64,000 bases of DNA from Prorocentrum cordatum (Eukaryota), in NCBI GenBank assembly GCA_963575745.1, contig CAUYUJ010000150.1, positions 1 to 64,000 of the forward strand, given 5' to 3'. A program made the translations under genes and the position numbers. A model generated the notes under the pieces. The model was given only the letters and a program-made list of their open reading frames with translations. It ran no database searches and was not told the origin of the DNA. Below, in pieces: positions 11,551-25,499 of the stretch (its first letter is position 1; each line of letters opens with the position of its first letter).

Positions 11551-12129
11551 GTGCCGATTCTTGTTTCTCCCCCTCGCTAGCCGCCGAGCGGCACGAGCCC
11601 GCAGCACCCTCCGTCGCCGCCGCCGCCGGGAGGTGCCGGTCTCGGGCGTGGCGCCGCTGATGCTGGGCCCATGCCTGCCGCCCTGAGCCCGAGCCTCCCG
11701 GGCCCCCTCCTCCATGGGCGCCCTTCTGATGGGCCGACTTTCCACCACCACTCCCATAGGTAGAAGGACGGAGTCGGGCGTGTCCCTCTACAGGAGGAAT
11801 ATTCAAAGATAGTTTTAAACATTGTCAGGGGGACGATTTTTTGGGTGGTATGTTTTGGCTATGCTGTTTTTTGGGCGTATCTTGAATGGTTCGCTCAAAA
11901 TCTGCCTGAAGGGGGACATGCCCGACCTAGAGGTAGTAGCACGGGGAATAATCGACAAAGAAAAAACGCCATAAACGAAAAATTGTGGCTCTCCGAGCGG
12001 GTTTCTTGGATCCGCGCTGAGCCCCCCTCGCGCCAGGGAGGGGGGTCCAGCGCAGATCCAACATGTCCGCGCGGACCTCCAAAAGTTTATGTTCATGTTT
12101 TTTTTGGTTCCTATAGAGAAGGGAGGATG

Positions 12130-13150
12130 AGGATGTCCTCCTCCTCCATTCCTTTTCTTTATAGATCACTCCTCCCTGTCGCACCCCGAGGCTGGACGAA
12201 AGGGCGGGCCGGGCGTTTCGCCTGAGCCTTTCTCACCGCTTATGGCCCTGATGCTTCAACATTGGCAGCGGTTTCACAGATGGAGTGCGGATGGTTTTCA
12301 GCGAGTGGCTCTCGCCTTTGCGCCGCGCACATTCTGTTTCAACATTTTGCAAGATCTTCACGGAATGATGGCGGTTCGGTTTCAAAATGTGGTTCTCGCC
12401 TTAGCGCCGCGCGCATCCGTTTCAAACATTTTCGAAAGTTTCATGGATCGAGGGCGGGTGGTGCGACGCGCACATTCGTTGCAGGCATTTGCAAGAGTTT
12501 CACGGATCAAGGGCGGTTGGTTTTCAACATGTGGTTCTCCTTGTAGCGCCGAGCACACTCGTTTTTTAATATTGCGAAAGTTAGCCGATTGAGGGTGGCT
12601 CGTTTTCAACATGTGGGTCTTGCCTTAGCGCCGCGCACATTCGCCTTCAAACATTTCAAGGGCTTCGCAGATTGAGGAGGGCGGGTGGATTTCAAATGTG
12701 GTGTTTCCCTTAGCGCCTCGCACATTCGTTCCACACATTCGCAAGAGTTTCACGTATTGAGGGCGGCTCGTTTTCGAAATGTGGGTCTCGCCTCAGTGGC
12801 GCGCACCTTCTTTCGTTTGTTAAAACATGTCAGAGTTTCATCGGTTCTCATGATTAACGTACCAGAAGTGGTGTTTTGGAACGATTCAGGAGTGCCATTG
12901 CGCCACTGAATCGTTGTTTTGCCGCGTTGATGTTCCAGGAATGATGTTCTGGCGCGTTTCAGGATCGCCAAGACGGAACAGTCAGGTTAACTTGTGACTT
13001 GGACGTCCTGAGAATGGTGTGTTGGAACGCTTCAAGATGTTCACATTGTTGTGAAAATGGCCCCTTGCAGGGGCCTGTGAAGAGGGAACTTGGAGGAAGG
13101 GTATATTTCAATATCGTCGATGCATCTTGGGTTTACACTTGTCCCCTCCG
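12130..13150 (+). repeat. Dispersed element containing an ~80-85-bp degenerate tandem array; inverted paralog at ~32440-32930
   Basis: GTCGCACCCCGAGGC...GGGCGGGCCGGGCGTTTCGCCTGA (12178-12225) and GGGGCCTGTGAAGAGGGAACTTGGAGG (~13070) appear reverse-complemented at ~32834-32880 and ~32520-32550. Confidence 0.8.
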
Positions 13151-14149
13151 TCTCCTCCTCCTCCTCCTCCTCGCTCTCCTACCGATGGTCGTGGTGGTGG
13201 AAAGTCGGCCCGTCACCTCCTGGGGGGTCGGAGTGGCAAACCAAACGTTAAACTCAGAGGAGGAACAGGTAGCCGTAATTACCGCTACCCTTTCATCGTT
13301 TTCGCTTGTCGGCGCCACCGCCGGATTCGCCTCGAAATTCTGGGCAGGGCGCACCCCGGGAGAGGTCCAGGGAGTAGCAGTATTGGCACTCTTGTGGGGG
13401 TTCCCCACAATCGGCGGCGAACTCAAGCGGGTCCTGGCTGGGGGTGGGGGTGGGTTGTGCTGTCCTCAGAGGAAGGAGACGAGGGCAGCGCCGCGCCACC
13501 CGTGCAAAAAGGCCCTGCCCTTTCCGAACCCGCGTGCGCACACATTTTGCGTCGGCGGCTAGGCAGGGTAACAGCACTGGCGGAGTGCTACCTAAGCGAA
13601 GGTACCGTTGTAGCGAATTGTGCCACCATGCAGGGGGGGGGAGAGCAGAGGAAGCGGCCGAAAGAGGGGGCGGACGGAGCGAGCCGCTCAGGGGGACGGG
13701 TCACGCCCCGAGCGTGTGGCGCGTGCGAGTTGAACACATGTCCTGGCAGGGGGGACCGCCGCTAGTGCTCGGCAGCACCTACAGCACGTGGGTGCGGCCC
13801 AGAGCATTCGCCCGCCTTGAGTCGGCGGCGAGCCCAGGGGGAATGCAGAGGGGGCGGGCCTTCGCAGAAGACTCGGAAGGCCTCGGGCCTTTGAGAAGTG
13901 TTCTGAGCCCTCCAAGAAGACACATAGGACTTCTCAGAAGGCCGGGGGGCTTCTGAGAAGGCCTGCCCCCTCTCACTTCCCCCCCTCACCGCCCATCAAA
14001 CCACCCTAACCCAAGCCGCTGCCGAAGGCCCTGATTTGCCGTCTATTGCTGAGGACTTAAGGCCAGTGCCGCCGACCCTGGATACCTCGGCCCTCGAGGG
14101 TGGCGGGTTGCTTGATAAGACGTCGGAGGTAAATGAAGACGTGGCGGAG

Positions 14150-14330
14150 GATGATGAGGAGGAGGAGGTGGAGGAGGAAGGGGAGGAGGAGGAGGAGGAG
14201 GAGGAGGAGGAAGAGGAGGAGGAGGAGGAGGAGGAGCAGGATGAGGAGCAGGAGGAGGAGGAGGAGGAGGAGGAGGAGGAGGAGAGGGAAGGGCGAGGAG
14301 GGGGAAGGGCGAGGAGGAGGAGGAGGAGGA
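14150..14330. repeat. (GGA)n microsatellite
   Basis: Direct reading. Confidence 0.9.
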
Positions 14331-14682
14331 CTCTGAGACTTTACGCTTCCTTGAGGGGTGGAAGGTCCCCAGGTGGTTGGGCATTGAACGAGCAGCCACC
14401 TTTGTGGGCCTGACGGCCCGCAGCGAGCTTCGGATCGCTCCTGCTTGAATCATGAAGTGCCCCATTGGGGGGTGTAGGAGCACAGCGAGCCCTGCTGGGG
14501 GCACGCGTCGTGCCGTACCCTAACGGATGGGGTTCTGGCCCACTCCCAGTCCGCACAAGCGGACTCTGCGGGTGACCAGGGACAAAGGATGGGGAAGCAC
14601 CGGGGCAAGGATGGATTGATGTGGATACCAGCGAGGGGCAGGTGAAAGAGGGGGGCAGGAAGGGCACAAAGCAGAAGCGGGG

Positions 14683-14720
<38 letters not shown>

Positions 14721-15099
14721 GAGAGAGCACGGGGAAGAGAGAGAGGGAGAGCAGCGGATACAGTCGAGGTGGCGGGGAAGGAGGGCAGGATGGGCGGACG
14801 GGGAAGCGCCAGACGAGTCCAGAGGCAAGATAAAGGGGGACCAGACACGATGCTCCAGAGGCTGGCAGGATGGGAGGTGCATTGTGGCACGGGCACTATT
14901 TTCCCTAGGCTTGCGTGGTTCCCAGGTTTGTAGTGCGCAACGCTGCCAGCCTGACGGGCTGGCTCGCCTACGCCACGCCGACCGCCGAAGCGGCGTGAAG
15001 TGCCCCTGTGACGGCCACCCAGACCCTCCCCCTCTGCCCTGCCCCTCCCCTTGCCTGGTGCACTGATAACTGAAAGAATAGAGAAAGAGGACAGCACGG

Positions 15100-16240
15100 A
15101 ACTACGAACGCAGCAGGGTGGCAAGGGACAGGTACTCCTCCATGCACCTCGCTGGCCCTTTCCTAAAATCAGGATGCTGGCCCTTGGAGAACCTGTCCCA
15201 GGAGTATCGCGCCCTTTGGAGGCGAAGCGAGGCTTGCACTCCTCGCCTAGTTTCCCGAGGTTCCCGGATTCAGAGTACGCCCCGCAGGTACTGCATATGA
15301 AGACCACCCCTAATGCATAATTGGACAAGTGGATGGTATGCTTGCGCGGGTTGCGGGCAAGCTCAGTGAAAGCAGCGTTGTGGCCTCGGCAGGGCGCGAC
15401 AGCCGCTGCGGGTCTGGCTGGGCCTCTGGCGAATTTAAGGCAGACCGCGCAGACCCAGCGCGTGCGTTTCCAGCTCCACTGGTGGCTCTGGGCGGGCCGG
15501 GCCGGCTCTGATTGGGTTGCCCTCCTGGATGGGCGCCCTTGGGGCGGGGGCGGGGGAGGAAGAGGACCGGGGAGAAGTTGCCTGGCCGCGCCGACGCCGG
15601 TTACAAAACCTTCCTGCCGAAGGGTTTTGTCGAATTTCGACCGCGTCTCTTTGGTCGGGGCAATTCTGGGGAAGAGAAGCAAGGCCTGGACGGCGTGCAA
15701 GAGAAACCGCCGAAGTGCGGCTGCTTCGTCAGCCCAGTTCTGCAATTCCGTCTCCGACGGCTGGTCTAACAACCGGGCGCCTCTCTTGGCGTACCGGTCT
15801 GCCAGATCGTTCCCAATCGCCAAGTACCACTCATGCGTGAGAGGCTGCAGGGTCTCCGGGTCTACATGGGCAGGGACCTTGAGGATTTGAAAGCCCTGAT
15901 CCCAAGATGGGGCCCCTCGAATTTGAATGCCCAGCCCGGCGTAAAGATGCTGTCTGGCCGCCACCCTTTCCCAGGGATCAGAAGCCAGCTTCACCAGGCC
16001 TAGGAAGTCGGAGTATATGGAAGTGGCACGCGGGCGTTTCTCCATGACCGCGAGCACCGCGATGTGCTCAGCTGCCGGGGAGGTTTGCAGGTAGGCCGCC
16101 CCTGCGGCCCCCCAGAGCGCCGCATGCAGCTCCCCCGCTGGGGTCACCTTTATGGCTGCCCATCCAGCCGCGTAGAACGGACGGGGGCCATCCTTGAAAC
16201 AAGACCCGTCCGTGAAAACGTCGCCCTCGAACGCGCGCTC
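15100..16240 (-). pseudogene. RNase H domain plus CxxC-containing tail of the minus-strand LINE
   Basis: GDVFTDGSC, QTSPAAEH, IYSDF, KVPAH, GNDLADRYAK; then WVCAVC and FICSTCG. Confidence 0.85.
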
Positions 16241-16699
16241 AACCGGGAGGAGGGGATCCCGGCACCAAAACTGGCATGGGTTGGTCCTTGAGCCTGGCGG
16301 CGGCGTCGCCACCGCATCGGGGAACACCAAAAAACCACACACCAGCGGGAAGTTTCGGAGCGGGTCGGCGAGGATGGCGAGGTCACCTGCTTGGAGCATT
16401 TGCTCTCTGAAAGGCGCAGTGCTGGGGCAGTGGCGAAGCCGGTGGGAGATGCAATCCGCCCCCCGCATATGCAGGTGGGATCGACAGGATGGCCAGCACA
16501 GCGCAGTTGGTGATGAGTCCACAAAGAGTGGCATAAGAAGGATGAGAGCAGGCCCTGCTCGTGCCGGGACAAACTTTGCTCTCGGATTAGCTTTCTGGCC
16601 GCTCCCAGGTTCAGCGCGGTGCCACTGGGCAGGCCCATTTTCTGTGCAATCGCAGCCAATTGGACGCGGGCCCACTCTTCGCGCCACTTGACCTCAATG

Positions 16700-18305
16700 A
16701 ACTTTGGCGAGAATTCTTCGAGCGACCATCGCCCTCCAGAGGAGTCAAGAAGGATGAACGGGGTGAGGCATCGCCGACCAATGCGCCGGAGGGGGAGGAT
16801 TGCCGCCGCAATTGGTCCTCTCACCTCTGGCCATGCCTCCGGCGGCCGCTCCAGAAGGGGCCGCGCAAGCTTGAGTAGCTGTGGGAGGGGGTATGGGTTG
16901 AGCGGCGAGTGGTCCAAGAAAGATTTCCAAACGATTTTGGACCACAGGAGCGCGGGGGCCAAGCCCTGCCTCCAAGTGGGGCCCTCATGCAAAGCAAGCG
17001 AGACAGACCGTGACCTGGGGTCGCCTTTGGCACCCGCCAGGCTTAAACATAACGACTGGACGTCGTGGAGCTCACGCTGGTCGAGGCCCGTGACGCTGGC
17101 GCCGTGCATGCCGAACTGGTCGAGGCCTGTGGTGAAGAGCTTACGGAGGTCCGTGCCTGCCCTGCGAAGGGCGTGCCTTCGGCGTTTGCGGCGCTGGAGC
17201 CTGGCCATTCGTCCAGCGAGGACGGGCCTGCTCTTCTTCGACCTGCGCAGGTTGCCCACGGCGTAGTTCATCCCAAGATTCCTGCCCGAGACGCCGACGG
17301 CTCCAGCAAGCTTACCGAGAGCTCGCCGCAGCTTGGTCCTGAGCTCTTCAGAGCTTGCCAGAGTGATTGACTTCTTGAGAGCAATGGTGCAGTGAAGCTC
17401 CCTCGTGATGACGTCATAGAGTGCCGCTGCCCCTTTGACCAGGTCTCTCACTACGACGTCCATGTCGCGGTGGGTCTTCCTGGAGTGCAGGTCGTCTATG
17501 AACAGCGCCAGGGCGAAGGCTTCGTTGTTGCGCTGCCATGTCTCGAACGGGTCTAGGGTGTAGACCTGGACAAGGAAAGTGGCGCACCCGCAGCCAGCTG
17601 CAAGCCCCCGTCCGGGGTAGCCCACGACGACGGCCATGGTCTCGTAGGTGACGAGTCGCTGGCCTTGGTATTGGTTCAGGGCGACGCAGAGCAACCGGAG
17701 GGGGAATTTGCGCCTCCTGGCACGAACCCGCAGCGTGGGCCGATCGACGTGCTCGTAGTAGTCGCTCATGTCCCAGAGCACCGCCCCGGTGTGCGAGGGC
17801 TGTCCGCTATGGTGGCTGCTCTCGGGCTCGAGGGCTTGGAGGAAGACCGATTCCTCGATGCCCCGGCCTTGCTGGTGCCCTATGGAGGGCTGCGATTAGC
17901 GAGCTCCCAAGCGCGCACTATCGGTTGGCGGCATTTGGCCCATGCTCTGCACAGGGCCGGCAACAAAGCAATGCCTCGAAACGCGGGCGTGCTGGTACCC
18001 TCACCCTTCGCTTTCTGCAGGAGCGTAGAGATGATTGCGAGGAGTGCTGAGGGGAAGTGCCCGTGCTCCTCGATGAGCTGGACGAGCAGGGACACTACCT
18101 CTAACTGCGCATCTGACAGCAGGGCGAAGTGCCGCGGGTGAAATCCGTCGAATGTTTGGGCGGTGCCAGTCGGGAACGATTCCGAGGCTGCCCGAATTTC
18201 GTCAGGCTGCAGGGCAGGAAGCGGCTCACTCTCGGGGAGGAAAGGTGCGTGCTTGTCCGCCGACGCTCGCCGCAATGCTGCCAGCCGCTTGGCTTCCTCG
18301 TCCAA
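16700..18305 (-). pseudogene. Reverse transcriptase of the minus-strand LINE (frameshifted)
   Basis: DGFHPRHF, FRGIALLPALCRAW, LWDMSDYYE, RGLAAGC, FIDD (17491-17502), RNLGMNY. Confidence 0.9.
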
Positions 18306-19069
18306 TAAATAGAGCAGAGGGCCGGCCGGTCCAGACCTCCTTGCTCAGAATGTGGGTTGGCTGCCACGTTGGCGTGTCTTTGGACCACTTGTGGGCTCAG
18401 CCTACTGACTTGGCATTGGCCTTGTGCACCCGTGCCTTCCAGGCAGCAGCGCGGTCGGCCTCGCCATTATGGAGCTCTGCGGCGAGATCAGTTTCCAACT
18501 GGTCGCCGATGGGAGCGAAAAAGCTGAGGGCTTGGGCAGTTGGGACACACAATTGCCCATGCGGGGCAATTTGCTGGCAAACGGATTGGGCCTGCGCGGT
18601 GAGCTCGGATACTCTGCGAGGGGGCGGGCTGAGGGCCATCTGCGGATGCCCCAGCCCTTGCGCAGCCAAATCCAGGGACTCGTTCATCGCAATCGCCCGC
18701 TGGACGTCTGCGAGCGCCTGGGTTGCCCACCTCAAGGCCTCCGAGCGCGAGGCCCACGATTCAAGTTCCTCCTGCTTACTCGGCGGCTGTCAAACAACTT
18801 CGGGCGCCCTGCCGTGAAAATGGGCGGGGGCGCTGTAGCCCGTGATTTGGCAGAGCGATCGCGCCAAAGCTTGCGCGAAACCGGCGTAAAATACATCCAG
18901 TAGACGTTGCTTGACGCAGTGCGTGGGGGGGGGGGGGGGGGGCGGGGGCGGAGCTGAGTGAGCGCCGACTGCCCTGCAGTGTGGAGGCGTGCCCAGCTAT
19001 CGGGGTCCGGTCTAAGGCCAAACGGCGCAACGGCTGGGATGCGCGGCGGGCGTCGGAGCTTTGAAAAAA

Positions 19070-19790
19070 GGACTTCGTGCCCCAGGTCTGCCGAAAGCGC
19101 GATGGGCCTGTGGCCCGCCAGCGCTGCTGTCTTGACAGACTGGTCGACGCAGACCCCTGAGACCAGCGGGGCCACGCCGCGGGAAACTAAGAATACATTT
19201 ATGTTGGATCTAGTTTTCTTGGTAAAGTACATGCACTGGTGCGGGGCCACAATGCGGAAGCCGCTGCGCTCGCAGAAATCTGTGCTGGAGAGGAGGGAAG
19301 GGTTGAGATTGAAATCACCGCCTACGATAAGGGCCATGGCGCATTGGTGCTGAATGATGCCGAGGTGGCTGAGGAGGGCCCGATTGGCGGCATTCAGCTT
19401 GACCACCGGGTGGGGGTAGAGCGAGACGAGAATGACGGGGGCACAGCCTGGGGGACCCAGTTTGGCCCCCACTAGGCGCGAGGCGTCGGGGGGCTGGGAG
19501 ACGGAGGAAGGGAGGGGGGAGATGCCGACATCACCGCCTTGGCGCACTAGGATGGCGACGCCGCCTTGGGGGCGGTTGGCGTCTGATCTGCAAGCGGGTG
19601 CAAAAACTGGGTGCCACCCGAGACGTCTGCGCGCCTCTGCAGCAAGCTTCAGGTCATGGTCTGAGACCAAGAGGGCCTCCTACAAAAATAACACGCGACA
19701 GTTGTTGAACCTGCCTCTCTCGAGAAGCGGCTGGACGGAACTCCAGGAGTCCCCATTAAAAGTGCACGTTGGAAAATTGACGGCTGAGTC
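19070..19790 (-). pseudogene. Apurinic-like (APE) endonuclease of the minus-strand LINE
   Basis: TFNGDSW, LFL*E (QE motif with TAG at 19680-19682), GGVAILV, VSLY, GGDFN, GHRPI. Confidence 0.85.
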
Positions 19791-20293
19791 AGGGAGCACC
19801 ATCGAGGACAAAACTTGGTACTCACTGGTCTCTGCTGGGCGGCGGCTGGTGTTGCCCGCCCAACCCGTCGTCTACGACGTCCGCCGCGCAGCCCTGCCCC
19901 TCGGGCGTAGCGCCAGCGGCAGCCCCTGCCGCGGGCGCTTCGGGGTTCGCGCCCGCAGCGGGCTCGGCAGCGGGCTCGGCAGCGGGCTCGCCACCGGCCC
20001 CCCCAGCCGCCCCGCCAGCGCCGCTGAGAGGGCGGAGCGCGGCACTCTCGCCGGCTCCGGGGAGGGCTTCCTCGTCGAACTTCGGGAGGGACTCAAGCGC
20101 TGCAGCGACCGCGTCCTGGGAGGCGTTGATGCGGGCAACCTCTCCCGCGAAGGGCGCCTGCGGAGGAGGAGGAGGAGGGGGGGGATGAGGAGGAGGGGGG
20201 AATGGGGGAGGAGGAGGAGGAGGAGGGGGGGGTGGTCGGCTGAGGAGGTACCTGCACACCTTTTGCCTTGAAGCCCTAGGCGGCGCCACTGCC

Positions 20294-22796
20294 GTGGCCG
20301 CGTGCAATATTCCCTTAGTTGGCGATTCCAAGCGTAGGCGGTTGCGCGCCGAACGAGCACGGAACAGAGCATTGCTGAGGGTGTACAAGGCAGGTTTAGC
20401 GCTGCGCAGCCATCGCGCAACCCCAAGAGATCGAATGTGGCAATGTCCCTCTTGTCACACACATCTTCCAGTTTCTCAGGCAGTATGTGGATGTGGGTAC
20501 AACTGGTACTCGTGCTCCAAGTCGCAGCCCATGCAGTCAAGAGAGAGGTCCAAGAGCAGAGACCCCTGGAACAAAGGCGACAAGGATACTGTGAATCAGC
20601 TCGTGGCGAAGATTGCGCCAGCTACCCCAGAGGTGGCGAGGTCGGAGGCCTTCAAGCATGTCTACGTGAAGGCGCCCCCGGCAGAGCAAAAGGAAGCAGT
20701 GAACAAGCATCGCAGAGATATCAGAGAGAAGAGTCGCAAGATCGGCATTATCATCAAGGCCGCTGCCGCAGCGGATCGCCCTGGGAACGACGCGGACTGC
20801 AAGGAGATTGTTGTTTTCAAATACATGTTGACGGAGAGTTCAGGATCAGAGAACCAGTTGTCCGAGGTCAGAATACAGTTGGAGAAAGAGCAGGGCCACG
20901 TGCGCGAGATGCAGCAGAAGGAGGCGGAGGCGCGCGAGAGGCGCATCCAGATCGAGGAAACCATCCGAAACATTCAGGAGACGATCGACCAGCTGACGAA
21001 GTCGAAGGACGAGGGTGGCACGGCCGAGAGCGCCGACACGGAGATGCACAATGCAGAGGAGGGCGTTGGCAGGGCGCCTGGGGCGCCCCATGCAGGCCCT
21101 GGGGGAGAGGCACCAGCATCTTCAACGGCGCCAAAGGCAGCTGCGGCGAGCCATGCCGCGCCAGCTGTGCCAGAGAGCTCCAGAGAGATGGACTCGATCA
21201 AGGAGTGCCTCCAGCGTCTGACCGCGGCGCAGATGCAGCAGAACCAGCAGGAGGCCATGATGAGGCAGATTGGCAACTTCCGCGGCCACCTGATGGACGA
21301 GGTGCGCATGATGATGAAGGCCGCCCCCTGGACAGCTCAGGGGCCGCGGATGCCGCAGCAGGAGCCAGGGATGGGGAGTCAGCCATCGCCGACCACGCCG
21401 ATGCAGGCGGGGCAGGTGCCAGGCAGATCGCCTACGTCTACGGCTGCGTCTACTCCCCCTGGATATCCGAACATATACGAGCAGTTGCGGGCAGTGAGGC
21501 ATGCGGCGGGCATGGGGTTTCGACAGGCCCCGAGTCCAGCGGATGCGGGGATTTTCTGGGACCCAAGTACGACCCCAGCCGAGTCGGACGCTGCGGAGCA
21601 CCAGCACCAGCTGAGGATGGCCAGGTTCCACCCGGTGTACCCCAGCCATTCGGCGCAGAGGTCGCCGACGTTTCCTTCGGCGCCCTTCGCGCACGCGCAG
21701 CCGCAGATGGAGCCCGAGACACCTGGGATAGCGCCTTGGGATTGCCCGACCCCGCTGTGCGATGTCTTGTACACGCCGAAGGTCCCAGCGGGCGGCCCGT
21801 CTCAGGACGAGCCTCCGACGATCAGGGCGCCAACCTCGGCGTGCCCGACGGATGCGTGCGACAGGGCCTTCGCCCAGATGCAGAACCCGGCGATGGCGGA
21901 GGTGACACCGTCGCCAGCAGCGACGGCGGCAGCGGAGTTGGCCCAAGCTTTCGCTGCAGCAAGCTTGGGAGGGCCGAACGGAGGGAGAGGGCGCGCACCT
22001 CAGGGTCCAGCGGTTCTGCAGGCGGCGCCCACGACCCCCGCGGCCAGGAAGCCACCAGTCGCGCCATCTACGATTCCACCAGGGCAGCCTTCGCCAGCCT
22101 CGCACCAGCATGGAGGCCTGCAGCAGCCGTGCGAGTCGCCGAGGGCGAAGGAGGCAGAGCCAGCGGCCGAGCCCGTGGGATCGCCGAAGAGGGAGATCTT
22201 GCGGCGGATCACCAAGAAGAAAGAGGACCCGAGGGAGAATAGGCAGAAGGGCAGCGTTCACCCGCACAAGGGCAAGGGCGGCAAGGTGGCGATGGTCAAG
22301 GACAGGCCAGTAGCGGACAAGGGCTGGGAGACGATCGAGGAAGAGGACGCCTCCATCCCGTGCCCGCAGCAGCCGTCCCAGATGTCGCCGACGCAGCCCT
22401 TCGTGCAGCCCGAGCAGACGGAGGAGCTGCCAGGGCCCGCTTTCTCTGTGACGGCGACGCCAGCGCCGACGCCTACGGTTACGGGATCACCAGGGACGCC
22501 CCAGTGCCTGCAGCCGTCACCGTGGCCAGTGCCGCCACAGCCAGCAGTCGCCGGTGTTGGTGGAGGCGTCGCCGACCCCAGTGGCGGAGATGGTCGAGCC
22601 GTCGCAGATGACATCGCAGGAGATCAAGCAGCAGGTGGAGGCGATCGACCGTGCTGTGGCAGGGCAGGGGTGCTCGACCTCTGCATCGTCCAGCGGCATA
22701 GCCGCGGCGGACTACAAGACGACGGTGGACCAGCGAGTGGAAGGCAGGTCGCCACCCCAGAAGTTGCAGCGGCAGGCGGATGTCATCGAAGAGTAG
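20294..22796 (+). CDS. LINE ORF1-like protein (N-terminal Cys4 zinc-finger-like motif, coiled coil, Pro/Ala/Gln-rich region)
   Basis: WQCPSCHTHLPVSQAVCGCG; heptad-like EVRIQLEKEQ...IDQL. A probable frameshift near 22550 leads into the frame ending VIEE* at 22796. The start codon is uncertain. Confidence 0.6.
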
Positions 22797-23934
22797 GTAG
22801 CTTTTCGTCGCGTCTGCGGGGCGCGGCGCTCGCCGACACGCACTGCTCACCGTCTAGCCACGGCCAGCACAACGGGGATCGACCCGCACAGCTGGCAGGT
22901 GGCATCGGCGGCAGAGGGTGCCGATCGGCGGGCGGAAATGTGGATGTGGTTGGGTCAGTTTACCACGTCACACGGCAGCTTAATTTGGTCAGCGAAGTTC
23001 TCACATCGTGGCCAGGTCGATCTTTCTCCGCAGGCAATTTGGAGGACGAGGTCAGCTTGATACAACAGCAGGCCCGTGCTTCAGGGAGTGACGGTGGCGA
23101 CCACGAGGAGGGTAGGCCCCATGAGAGCCCTGGCTGCCACCCACATTTTGGACCCTCTGGTGAGTTCGGAGGGCTATTGATATCCGACTCCTCATTCATG
23201 TTGCTGTATCAACGGCTTGTGGAGTTATCATCTGCCTGGGCTATTGAGGTGCACATAATTGGCGAGGAGGCCGCGCATGCCAATTTCATGTATTGGGCAG
23301 TCCCAGCTGTCGTCCAGGAGATTTTCGCTCACCCAGTCTACGACCCCATGTGGAACCCATCAGCTCCGAGATCACCCGAGGTCACCGAGAGGATGCGGTA
23401 GTTTGCTACGCGCATGCTGAACAAGATATGGCGTGAGGGGGCTGTAGAGAGGCGGAGTTTCGCTATCCGTCAAGCTAGAGTGTGGCATGATGCGTCGCCT
23501 CAAGAGTGGGGCAGATCCCTCAATCGCATGTGCGAGGAGCTGTTTGTCGCGGGGCAGCGCCTGATGGTCATGGGGGACCAGTGCTACCCCCCAGACACAC
23601 GCAACATTAATGAAGAGGTGATCGTTGCTTTCGCGATGCAGGTCGCGGAGCACATCAGCCGGGATAGGCCCCCGGCGGTGCATTTCTACGACCCGACGCT
23701 CCCTGGCATGGAGGAGGCGATCCTCGCAGGTGCGGCCGCGACGGGGACAAGTACGGGAGGCGCCGGCGCTTCCTCGGGCAGCAGCGGGCCTGTTGCAGCA
23801 CCTGCGAGGCCTCAAGGCGAGGAAGGGCACCTTGATGCCCAGTCCTTGCTGCAGGTGAGCGTGACGGGTGCATCGCAGAGGGCGGCTAGAGCTACTTCCC
23901 TGAGAGCAGCTTCAGCATCGGTTTCCAGCACGAC

Positions 23935-24120
23935 GGCGCTAGACTCACCCTTCCCTCTGGGTTGGGCAGAGAGCGCGCATGGAGCTGACGAACGGTCGTC
24001 TCCGACGCTACACTCACCCTTCCCCTCGGGTTGGACAGAGAGCGCGCATGGAGCTGATGAACGATCGACTCCGACGCTATACTAACCCTTCCCCTCGGGT
24101 CGGGCAGAGAGCGCGCATGA
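23935..24120 (+). repeat. 69-bp tandem repeat (~2.7 copies) inside the LINE ORF2 N-terminal region
   Basis: ACT(C/A)ACCCTTCC at 23943, 24012, 24081. Confidence 0.85.
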
Positions 24121-24850
24121 AGTACTTCTTCGTGGTTCATCGTGGGTGGCGACTCCATGCAGGTTGGTTTCTTTGTCGACTGGGAGTTCAGTAGGGGAGA
24201 GTGCTGTCAGTGCGCTGCCTGCCTGCGTGCCCGAGCAATAGCGCGAAGCAAACAGAGCGAGTGCATTTTGCAGACAATTTGGAGGGGCGGCAGCTCTTTG
24301 ATCCTGCCAAGCGCGCCGCGCGCCTGGAGAGGCTGATCCCCGCACATTCAGTGCAGGAAGCTGCGCCGCAGCGAGCGGCGGAGTCGCGTTTCTACGCCCA
24401 GAGGGGAACGCACGTGGCTGGGCAAGTTGGCCACGGCACCTCTCAGACGCCTGTTTGTTTTGCGAGGGATTGCCCTCGCGTGCTTGCGATAATTTGAGCA
24501 AGCCGGAGGAAGGCTGCCACACTGATAATGTTCTAGCGTCGCCCACAGTTGCGCAAGATGCGCGGGATGATAGCCTGCGCAACCAGAGTGCCAGTGCCGA
24601 GCCAGCCGATCACGGGGGCCTGAGCGCAGCTGTCGGAGGGGGAACGGGGCCCCACGTCCGCGGGGAAGGGATGCCCACCAGTGAGGTGCACACTTGCCCC
24701 CTCGGAGTCCGAGACCCCCTTCTCCAGACAGCCGCCCCATGGTTGAGTCACCGTCAGTTGCAGTTAGACTTGGAGGGGATCAAGTTGCATCGCAATGCCT
24801 GTTCTGCTTTGAAGCTCGCCCCTGCGAGGGAGATGAGTCGAATCAAAAGC

Positions 24851-25290
24851 GTCGTCCTGCGCCCAGACGGGTCCCTTTCGGTTCACGCGGGGTTAGAACC
24901 AGCGTGGGGGCTCGCGGTTGTCGGCCAGGACGTGAACGGTTTCGCTTTTCTCGGGTTCGCTGGGCAGAGACTTGAGGGGTCGATTCCAGGAGAGCTCATA
25001 GGCAGTAAGAAGTCGAGTACTGTTGTGGAAATGGCTGGAATGACCTGGGCGATGCTGTACGCCGCACGTTTCCCAGCCGACGCCCACGTCACCATCGAGG
25101 TTGATAATAAAACGGCTCTCAAGCGCACAGTCGGCGAGTACAGGTCTAAGGAACATAAGGCCTTGGCAATGGTCCTCAATCCGCTGTATGAGGAGTTTTG
25201 CAGGAGGGGAAGGATTGTTTGCAAGCATGTGCGAGCGCACCGAGGTCAGCCATGGAATGATATGGCCGACTGCATAGCTAAGCACATGTC
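24851..25290 (+). pseudogene. RNase H-like domain upstream of the endonuclease
   Basis: VVLRPDGS, AWGLAV, SSTVVEMAG, TIEVDN, HVRAHRGQPWNDMADCIAK. Confidence 0.8.
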
Positions 25291-25499
25291 CAAGCACCCA
25301 CCACCCGACCCCCCAGGCGAGCTTGTGCAGTTGCTGTGCTATGAGCGTGGCCGTGAATGGGCGTGGGATGTGTCGCCGAGTAATCCTGACCGACACGCCA
25401 ACCCCCCGATGGGGGCCAGCGGATTCGAGTTCCACCGCAAGGCCCCAAGTGGCCAGGTGGAGCATCCGGATCAGGAGTGCGGAGAGAACAAGGTCAAGG

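Larger units (their letters stand above)
14750..20160 (-). mobile_element. Degenerate non-LTR retrotransposon (LINE): APE - RT - RNase H - Cys-rich C-terminus; ORF1 mostly missing
   Basis: APE, RT and RNase H motifs in canonical order on the minus strand, broken by frameshifts and stops. The 3' end runs into a (CT)n tract; boundaries are approximate. Confidence 0.9.

Noticed and set aside
20255..20275. CCTTTTGCCTTGAAG near the LINE 5' end, ACCGTAG in its tail, and CTTGGGCCAAAAAGG at ~33921 as dinoflagellate spliced-leader relics
   Set aside because: Matches to CCGTAGCCATTTTGGCTCAAG are too short or too mismatched, and the 33921 hit lies within a GCCATCTTGG repeat family
20294..23401. A single 1035-aa protein as listed in the ORF track
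   Set aside because: Sequence character changes near 22550 and an alternative frame ends at 22796; the listed ORF is probably a frameshift fusion of ORF1 with the start of ORF2
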